Notes under the pieces: generated by a model
The model's database searches: none
Seen by the model: only the letters and a program-made list of their open reading frames with translations
What the model was told of the DNA's origin: nothing
In this document: piece after piece, positions 53,601-64,000 of the stretch
How the letters are laid out: each line of letters opens with the position of its first letter
How positions within the stretch are numbered: position 1 is the stretch's first letter
Assembly: GCA_964016885.1 (NCBI GenBank)
Contig: OZ024742.1
Span: forward strand, 342,116,001 to 342,180,000
From: Eledone cirrhosa
Taxonomy: Eukaryota
Direction of reading: 5' to 3'
Length of the DNA: 64,000 bases
Translations under genes and position numbers: made by a program

Positions 53601-56600
53601 GTATGTGATCTACAGTGGTATGAAGTATGTGATATCCTGTGGTATGAAGTATGTAATCTCCAGTGGTATGAAGTATGTGATATCCTGTGGTATGAAGTAT
53701 GTGATATCCTGTGGTATGAAGTATGTGATATCCTGTAGTATGAAGTATGTGATATCCTGTGGTATGAAGTATGTGATCTACAGTGGTATGAAGTATGTGA
53801 TCTACAGTGGTATGAAGTATGTGATATCCTGTGGTATGAAGTATGTGATCTCCAGTGGTATGAAGTATGTGATATCCTGTGGTATGAAGTATGTGATATC
53901 CTGTGGTATGAAGTATGTGATCTACAGTGGTATGAAGTATGTGATCTACAGTGGTATGAAGTATGTGATATACTGTGGTATTAAGTATGTGATCTCCAGT
54001 GGTATGAAGTATGTGATATCCTGTGGTATGAAGTATGTGATATCCTGTGGTATGAAGTATGTGATCTCCAGTGGTATGAAGTATGTGATATCCTGTGGTA
54101 TGAAGTATGTGATCTACAGTGGTATGAAGTATGTGATCTACAGTGGTATGAAGTATGTGATCTACAGTGGTATGAAGTATGTGATCTACAGTGGTATGAA
54201 GTATGTGATCTCCAGTGGTATGAAGTATGTGATCTACAGTGGTATGAAGTATGTGATCTCCAGTGGTATGAAGTATGTGATCTCCAGTGGTATGAAGTAT
54301 GTGATCTCCAGTGGTATGAATTATGTGATATCCTGTGGTATGAAGTATGTGATCTCCAGTGGTATGAAGTATGTGGTCTACAGTGGTATGAAGTATGTGA
54401 TCTACAGTGGTATGAAGTATGTGATCTCCAGTGGTATGAAGTATGTGATCTCCAGTAGTATGAAGTATGTGATATCCTGTGGTATGAAGTATGTGATCTA
54501 CAGTGGTATGAAGTATGTGATCTCCAGTGGTATGAAGTATGTGATCTACAGTGGTATGAAGTATGTGATCTCCAGTGGTATGAAGTATGTGATCTACAGT
54601 GGTATGAAGTATGTGATCTCCAGAGGTATGAAATATGTGATCTTCAGTGGTATGAAGTATGTGATCTACAGTGGTATGAAGTATGTGATCTACTGTGGTA
54701 TGAAGTATGTGATCTACAGTGGTATGAAGTATGTCAGCTCCAGTGGTATGAAGTATGTGATCTACAGTGGTATGAAGTATGTGATCTCCAGTGGTATGAA
54801 GAATGTGATCTACAGTGGTATGAAGTATGTCAGCTCCAGTGGTATGAAGTATGTGATCTCCAGTCGTATGAAGTATGTGATCTCCAGTGGTATGAAGTAT
54901 GTGATATCCTGTGGTATGAAGTATGTGATCTACAGTGGTATGAAGTATGTGATCTCCTGTGGTATGTAGTATGTGATATCCTGTGGTATGAAGTATGTGA
55001 TATCCTGTGGTATGTAGTATGTGATCTCCAGTGGTATGAAGTATGTGATCTCCAGTGGTATGAAGTATGTGATATCCTGTGGTATGAAGTATGAAATATC
55101 CTGTGGTATGAAGTATGTGATCTCCAGTGGTATGAAGTATGTGATATCCTGTGGTATGAAGTATGTGATAACCTGTGGTATGAAGTATGTGATCTACAGT
55201 GGTATGAAGTATGTGATCTACAGTGGTATGAAGTATGTGATATCCTGTGGTATGAAGTATGTAATCTCCAGTGGTATGAAGTATGTGATATCCTGTGGTA
55301 TGAAGTATGTGATATCCTGTGGTATGAAGTATGTGATATCCTGTGGTATGAAGTATGTGATATCCTGTAGTATGAAGTATGTGATATCCTGTGGTATGAA
55401 GTATGTGATCTACAGTGGTATGAAGTATGTGATCTACAGTGGTATGAAGTATGTGATATCCTGTGGTATGAAGTATGTGATCTCCAGTGGTATGAAGTAT
55501 GTGATATCCTGTGGTATGAAGTATGTGATATCCTGTGGTATGAAGTATGTGATCTACAGTGGTATGAAGTATGTGATCTACAGTGGTATGAAGTATGTGA
55601 TATCCTGTGGTATGAAGTATGTGATCTCCAGTGGTATGAAGTATGTGATATTCTGTGGTATGAAGTATGTGATATCCTGTGGTATGAAGTATGTGATCTC
55701 CAGTGGTATGAAGTATGTGATATCCTGTGGTATGAAGTATGTGATCTACAGTGGTATGAAGTATGTGATCTACAGTGGTATGAAGTATGTGATCTACAGT
55801 GGTATGAAGTATGTGATCTACAGTGGTATGAAGTATGTGATCTCCAGTGGTATGAAGTATGTGATCTCCAGTGGTATGAAGTATGTGATCTACAGTGGTA
55901 TGAAGTATGTGATCTACAGTGGTATGAAGTATGTGATCTACAGTGGTATGAAGTATGTGATCTACAGTGGTATGAAGTATGTGATCTACAGTGGTATGAA
56001 GTATGTGATATCCTGTGGTATGAAGTATGTGATCTACAGTGGTATGAAGTATGCGATCTCCAGTGGTATGAAGTATGTGATCTACAGTGGTATGAAGTAT
56101 GTCATCTACAGTGGTATGAAGTATGTGATATCCTGTGGTATGAAGTATGTGATATCCTGTGGTATGAAGTATGTGATATCCTGTGGTATGAAGTATGTGA
56201 TCTCCAGTGGTATGAAGTATGTGATATCCAGTGGTATGAAGTATGTCAGCTCCAGTGGTATGATGTATGTGATCTCCAGTGGTATGAAGTATGTGATCAA
56301 CAGTGGTATGAAGTATGTGATCTCCTGTGGTATGAAGTATGTGATCTCCTGTGGTATGAAGTATGTGATCTCCAGTGGTATGAAGTATGTGATCTACAGT
56401 GGTATGAAGTATGTGATCTCCAGTGGTATGAAGTATGTGATCTACAGTGGTATGAAGTATGTGATCTACAGTGGTATGAAGTATGTGATCTACAGTGGTA
56501 TGAAGTATGTGATCTACAGTGGTATGAAGTATGTGATCTCCAGTGGTATGAAGTATGTGATCTCCAGTGGTATGAAGTATGTGATCTACAGTGGTATGAA

Positions 56601-59600
56601 GTATGTGATCTACAGTGGTATGAAGTATGTGATCTACAGTGGTATGAAGTATGTGATCTACAGTGGTATGAAGTATGTGATCTACAGTGGTATGAAGTAT
56701 GTGATCTACAGTGGTATGAAGTATGTGATCTACAGTGGTATGAAGTATGTGATATTCTGTGGTATGAAGTATGTGATCTACAGTGGTATGAAGTATGCGA
56801 TCTCCAGTGGTATGAAGTATGTGATCTACAGTGGTATGAAGTATGTCATCTACAGTGGTATGAAGTATGTGATATCCTGTGGTATGAAGTATGTGATATC
56901 CTGTGGTATGAAGTATGTGATATCCTGTGGTATGAAGTATGTGATATCCTGTGGTATGAAGTATGTGATCTCCAGTGGTATGAAGTATGTGATATCCAGT
57001 GGTATGAAGTATGTGATCTTCAGTGGTATGAAGTATGTGATCTACAGTGGTATGAAGTATGTGATCTCCAGTCGTATGAAGTATGTGATCTTCAGTGGTA
57101 TGAAGTATGTGATCTACAGTGGTATGAAGTATGTGATCTACAGTGGTATGAAGTATGTGATCTCCTGTGGTATGAAGTATGTGATCTACAGTGGTATGAA
57201 GTATGTAATCTCCTGTGGTATGAAGTATGTGATCTACAGTGGTATGAAGTATGTGATCTCCAGTGGTATGAAGTATGTGAACTACAGTGGTATGAAGTAT
57301 GTGATCTACAGTGGTATGAAGTATGTGATATCCTGTGGTATGAAGTATGTGATCTCCAGTGGTATGAAGTATGTGATCTAGAGTGGTATGAAGTATGTGA
57401 TCTCCAGTGGTATGAAGTATGTGATCTACAGTGGTATGAAGTATGTGATCTACAGTGGTATGAAGTATGTGATCTACAGTGGTATGAAGTATGTGATCTA
57501 CAGTGGTATGAAGTATGTGATCTCCAGTGGTATGAAGTATGTGATCTCCAGTGGTATGATGTATGTGATCTCCAGTGGTATGAAGTATGTGATCTCCAGT
57601 AGTATGAAGTATGTGATATCCTGTGGTATGAAGTATGTGATCTACAGTGGTATGAAGTATGTGATCTCCAGTGGTATGAAGTATGTGATCTCCAGTAGTA
57701 TGAAGTATGTGATATCCTGTGGTATGAAGTATGTGATCTCCAGTGGTATGAAGTATGTGATCTCCAGTGGTGTTAAGTATGTGATCTATAGTGGTATGAA
57801 GTATGTGATCTCCAGTGGTATGAAGTATGTGATCTCCAGTGGTATGAAGTATGTGATCTCCAGTGGTATGAAGTATGTGATCTCCAGTGGTATGAAGTAT
57901 GTGATCTACAGTGGTATGAAGTATGTGATCTCCAGTGGTATGAAGTATGTGATCTCCAGTGGTATGAAGTATGTGATCTCCAGTGGTATGAAGTATGTGA
58001 TATCCTGTGGTATGAAGTATGTGATCTGCAGTGGTATGAAGTATGTGATCTACAGTGGTATGAAGTATGTCAGCTCCAGTGGTATGAAGTATGTGATCTC
58101 CAGTTGTATGAAGTATGTAATCTGCAGTGGTATGAAGTATGAGATCTCCAGTAGTATGAAATATGTGATATCCTGTGGTATGAAGTATGTGATCTCCAGT
58201 GGTATGAAGTATGTGATCTCCAGTGGTATGAAGTATGTGATCTCCAGTGGTATGAAGTATGTGATCTCCAGTGGTATGAAGTATGTAATCTACAGTGGTA
58301 TGAAGTATGTGTTCTGCAGTGGTATGAAGTATGTGATCTCCAGTGGTATGAAGTATGTGATCTACAGTGGTATGAAGTATGTCAGCTCCAGTGGTATGAA
58401 GTATGTGATCTCCAGTGGTATGAAGTATGTGATCTACAGTGGTATGAAGTATGTGATCTCCAGTAGTATGAAGTATGTGATATCCTGTGGGATGAAGTAT
58501 GTGATCTACAGTGGTATGAAGTATGTGATCTCCAGTGGTATGAAGTATGTGATCTACAATGGTATGAAGTATGTGATCTCCAGTGGTATGAAGTATGTGA
58601 TCTACAGTGGTATGAAGTATGTGATCTCCAGTGGTATGTAGTATGTGATCTACAGTGGTATGAAGTATGTGATCTACAGTGGTATGAAGTATGTGATCTA
58701 CAGTGGTATGAAGTATGTGATCTACAGTGGTATGAAGTATGTGATCTCCAGTGGTATGAAGTATGTGATATCCTGTGGTATGAAGTATGTGATCTCCAGT
58801 GGTATGAAGTATGTGATCTACAGTGGTATGAAGTATGTCAGCTCCAGTGGTATGAAGTATGTGATCTCCAGTGGTATGAAGTATGTGATCTCCAGTGGTA
58901 TGAAGTATGTGATATCCTGTGGTATGAAGTATGTGATCTCCTGTGGTATGAAGTATGTGATCTACAGTGGTATGAAATATGTGATCTACAGTGGTATGAA
59001 GTATGTGATATCCTGTGGTATGAAGTATGTGATCTACAGTGGTATGAAGTATGTGATCTCCAGTGGTATGAAGTATGTGATATCCTGTGGTATGAAGTAT
59101 GTGATCTACAGTGGTATGAAGTATGTGATCTCCAGTGGTATGAAGTATGTGATCTCCAGTGGTATGAAGTATGTGATCTACAGTGGTATGAAGTATGTGA
59201 TCTCCAGTGGTATGAAGTATGGTGTCTACATTGGTATGAAGTATGTGATCTCCTGTGGTATGAAGTATGTGATATCCTGTGGTATGAAGTATGTGTTATC
59301 CTGTGGTATGAAGTATGTGATCTCCAGTGGTATGAAGTATGTGATATCCTGTGGTATGAAGTATGTGATATCCTGTGGTATGAAGTATGTGATCTACAGT
59401 GGTATGAAGTATGTGATCTACAGTGGTATGAAGTATGTGATCTCCAGTGGTATGAAGTATGTGATATCCTGTGGTATGAAGTATGTGATCTCCAGTGGTA
59501 TGAAGTATGTGATCTACAGTGGTATGAAGTATGTCAGCTCCAGTGGTATGAAGTATGTGATCTACAGTGGTATGAAGTATGTGATCTACAGTGGTATGAA

Positions 59601-62600
59601 GTATGTGATCTACAGTGGTATGAAGTATGTGATCTCCAGTGGTATGAAGTATGTGATCTCCAGTGGTATGAAGTATGTGATCTCCAGTGGTATGAAGTAT
59701 GTGATCTACAGTGGTATGAAGTATGTGATCTCCAGTGGTATGAAGTATATGATCTCCTGTGGTATGAAGTATGTGATATCCTGTGGTATGAAGTATGTGA
59801 TCTCCAGTGGTATGAAGTATGTGATCTACAGTGGTATGAAGTATGTGATCTCCAGTGGTATGAAGTATGTCAGCTCCAGTGGTATGAAGTATGTGATCTC
59901 CAGTGGTATGAAGTATGTGATCTACAGTGGTATGAAGTATGTGATCTACAGTGGTATGAAGTATGTGATCTCCAGTGGTATGAAGTATGTGATCTACAGT
60001 GGTATGAAGTATGTGATCTACAGTAGTATGAAGTATGTGATCTACAGTGGTATGAAGTATGTGATCTCCAGTGGTATGAAGTATGTGATCTGCAGTGGTA
60101 TGAAGTATGTGATCTCCAGTGGTATGAAGTATGTGATCTACAGTGGTATGAAGTATGTGATCTCCAGTGGTATGAAGTATGTGATCTCCTGTGGTATGAA
60201 GTATGTGATATCCTGTGGTATGAAGTATGTGATCTCCAGTGGTATGAAGTATGTGATCTCCAGTGGTATGAAGTATGTGATATCCTGTGGTATGAAGTAT
60301 GTGATATCCTGTGGTATGAAGTATGTGATCTCCAGTGGTATGAAGTATGTGATATCCTGGGGTTAGAAGTATGTGATATCCTGTGGTATAAAGTATGTGA
60401 TATATCCTGTGGTATGAAGTATGTAATCTCCAGTGGTATGAAGTATGTGATATCCTGTGGTATGAAGTATGTGATATCCTGTGGTATGAAGTATGTGATA
60501 TCCTGTGGTATGAAGTATGTGATATCCTGTGGTATGAAGTATGTGATCTCCAGTGGTATGAAGTATGTGATCTACAGTGGTATGAAGTATGTGATCTACA
60601 GTGGTATGAAGTATGTGATCTCCAGTGGTATGAAGTATGTGATATCCTGTGGTATGAAGTATGTGATCTCCAGTGGTATGAAGTATGTGATCTACAGTGG
60701 TATGAAGTATGTCAGCTCCAGTGGTATGAAGTATGTGATCTACAGTGGTATGAAGTATGTGATCTACAGTGGTATGAAGTATGTGATCTACAGTGGTATG
60801 AAGTATGTGATCTCCAGTGGTATGAAGTATGTGATCTCCAGTGGTATGAAGTATGTGATCTACAGTGGTATGAAGTATGTGATCTACAGTGGTATGAACT
60901 ATGTGATCTACAGTGGTATGATATATGTGATCTCCAGTGGTATGAAGTATGTCAGCTCCAGTGGTATGAAGTATGTGATCTCCAGTGGTATGAAGTATGT
61001 GATCTCCAGTGGTATGAAGTATGTGATCTCCAGTGGTATGAAGTATGTGATCTACAGTGGTATGAAGTATGTGATCTCCAGTGGTATGAAGTATGTGATC
61101 TCCAGTGGTATGAAGTATGTGATCTCCAGTGGTATGAAGTATGTGATCTCCAGTGGTATGAAGTATGTGATCTACAGTGGTATGAAGTATGTGATTTACA
61201 GTGGTATGAAGTATGTGATCTACAGTGGTATGAAGTATGTGATCTCCAGTGGTATGAAGTAGGTCAGCTCCAGTGGTATGAAGTATGTGATCTCCAGTGG
61301 TATGAATAATGGGATCTCCAGTGGTATGAAGTATGTGATCTCCAGTGGTATGAAGTATGTGATCTACAGTGGTATGAAGTATGTGATCTCCAGTGGGATG
61401 AAGTATGTGATCTCCAGTGGGATGAAGTATGTGATCTACAGTGGTATGAATTATGTGATCTCCAGTGGTATGAAGTATGTGATCTACAGTGGTATGAAGT
61501 ATGTGATCTACAGTAGTATGAAGTATGTGATCTACAGTGGTATGAAGCATGTCATCTACAGTGGTATGAAGTATGTGATCTACAGTGGTATGAAGTATGT
61601 GATCTACAGTGGTATGAAGTATGTGATCTACAGTGGTATGAAGTATGTGATCTCCAGTGGTATGAAGTATGTGATCTCCAGTGGTATGAAGTATGTGATC
61701 TACAGCGGTATGAAGTATGTGATCTACAGTGGTATGAAGTATGTGATCTCCAGTGGTATGAAGTATGTGATCTCCAGTGGTATGAAGTATGTGATCTCCA
61801 GTGGGATGAAGTATGTGATCTCCAGTGGTATGAAGTATGTGATCTACAGTGGTATGAAGTATGTGATCTACAGTGGTATGAAGTATGTGATCTCCAGTGG
61901 TATGAAGTATGTGATCTACAGTGGTATGAAGTATGTGATCTACAGTGGTATGAAGTATGTGATCTACAGTGGTATGAAGTATGTGATCTCCAGTGGTATG
62001 AAGTATGTCAGCTCCAGTGGTATGAAGTATGTGATCTACAGTGGTATGAAGTATGTGATCTCCAGTGGTATGAAGTATGTGATATACTGTGGTATGAAGT
62101 ATGTGATCTCCAGTGGTATGAAGTATGTCAGCTCCAGTGGTATGAAGTATGTGATCTCCAGTGGTATGAAGTATGTGATCTCCAGTGGTATGAAGTATGT
62201 GATCACAGTGGTATGAAGTATGTGATCTACAGTGGTATGAAGTATGTGATCTACAGTGGTATGAAGTATGTGATCTCCAGTGGTATGAAGTATGTCAGCT
62301 CCAGTGGTATGAAGTATGTGATCTCCAGTGGTATGAAGAATGGGATCTCCAGTGGCATGAAGTATGTGATCTCCAGTGGTATGAAGTATGTGATCTACAG
62401 TGGTATGAAGTATGTGATCTCCAGTGGGATGAAGTATGTGATCTCCAGTGGTATGAAGTATGTGATCTACAGTGGTATGAATTATGTGATCTCCAGTGGT
62501 ATGAAGTATGTGATCTACAGTGGTATGAAGTATGTGATCTACAGTAGTATGAAGTATGTGATCTACAGTGGTATGAAGCATGTCATCTACAGTGGTATGA

Positions 62601-64000
62601 AGTATGTGATCTACAGTGGTATGAAGTATGTGATCTACAGTGGTATGAAGTATGTGATCTACAGTGGTATGAAGTATGTGATCTCCAGTGGTATGAAGTA
62701 TGTGATCTCCAGTGGTATGAAGTATGTGATCTACAGCGGTATGAAGTATGTGATCTACAGTGGTATGAAGTATGTGATCTCCAGTGGTATGAAGTATGTG
62801 ATCTCCAGTGGTATGAAGTATGTGATCTCCAGTGGGATGAAGTATGTGATCTCCAGTGGTATGAAGTATGTGATCTACAGTGGTATGAAGTATGTGATCT
62901 ACAGTGGTATGAAGTATGTGATCTCCAGTGGTATGAAGTATGTGATCTACAGTGGTATGAAGTATGTGATCTACAGTGGTATGAAGTATGTGATCTACAG
63001 TGGTATGAAGTATGTGATCTCCAGTGGTATGAAGTATGTCAGCTCCAGTGGTATGAAGTATGTGATCTACAGTGGTATGAAGTATGTGATCTCCAGTGGT
63101 ATGAAGTATGTGATATCCTGTGGTATGAAGTATGTGATCTCCAGTGGTATGAAGTATGTCAGCTCCAGTGGTATGAAGTATGTGATCTCCAGTGGTATGA
63201 AGTATGTGATATACAGTGGTATGAAGTATGTGATCTACAGTAGTATGAAGTATGTGATCTACAGTGGTATGAAGTATGTGATCTCCAGTGGTATGAAGTA
63301 TGTGATCTACAGTGGTATGAAGTATGTGATCTCCAGTGGTATGAAGTATGTGATCTAGAGTGGTATGAAGTATGTGATCTCCAGTGGTATGAAGTATGTG
63401 ATATCCTGTGGTATGAAGTATGTGATCTCCAGTGGTATGAAGTATGTGATCTACAGTGGTATGAAGTATGTCAGCTCCAGTGGTATGAAGTATGTGATCT
63501 ACAGTGGTATGAAGTATGTGATCTACAGTGGTATGAAGTATGTGATCTACAGTGGTATGAAGTCTGTGATCTCCAGTGGTATGAAGTATGTGATCTACAG
63601 TGGTATGAAGTATGTGATCTACAGTGGTATGAAGTATGTGATCTACAGTGGTATGAACTATGTGATCTACAGTGGTATGAAGTATGTGATCTCCAGTGGT
63701 ATGAAGTATGTCAGCTCCAGTGGTATGAAGTATGTGATCTCCAGTGGTATGAAGTATGTGATCTCCAGTGGTATGAAGTATGTGATCTCCAGTGGTATGA
63801 AGTATGTGATCTACAGTGGTATGAAGTATGTGATCTCCAGTGGTATGAAGAATGTGATCTACAGTGGTATGAAGTATGTGATCTCCAGTGGTATGAAGTA
63901 TGTCAGCTCCAGTGGTATGAAGTATGTGATCTCCAGTGGTATGAAGTATGTGATCTCCAGTGGTATGAAGTATGTGATCTCCAGTGGTATGAAGTATGTG
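14673..64000. repeat. 24-bp tandem satellite array, ~2,050 monomers, consensus GTATGAAGTATGTGATCT(A/C)CAGTG; continues beyond the window
   Basis: Uninterrupted 24-bp periodicity. The main variants are ATCTACAG, ATCTCCAG, ATATCCTG, ATCTCCTG and GTCAGCTCC. The first monomers at 14673-14720 are degenerate. Confidence 0.99.

Noticed and set aside
14673-64000. CRISPR-like appearance (constant part plus variable part)
   Set aside because: The variable part is only ~8 bp drawn from a few recurring alleles, not unique spacers. The context is eukaryotic and there are no cas genes.

Overview
Animal genomic DNA. The repeat repertoire points to a cephalopod (Octopus-like), which is an inference. Bases 1-14.6 kb are a repeat-rich intergenic/3' region. 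It holds three decayed RTE-clade LINE copies (APE + RT with a PHD-like finger, (ATG)n tails), a non-autonomous Helitron carrying a 37-bp minisatellite, SINE fragments, a piggyBac-like MITE, many (TA)n/(TATG)n microsatellites and templated inverted repeats at TA runs. It also holds three different type-I hammerhead ribozyme motifs, all on the minus strand. The only credible host coding sequence is the terminal coding exon of a minus-strand Kelch-repeat (KLHL10-like) gene at 14383-14546. From about 14673 to the window end lies a >49-kb, 24-bp tandem satellite of about 2,050 monomers. It sits in the intron upstream of that exon and shows multi-kb higher-order duplications and a layered variant gradient. 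The giant repetitive ORFs in the ORF track are by-products of the 24-bp unit.
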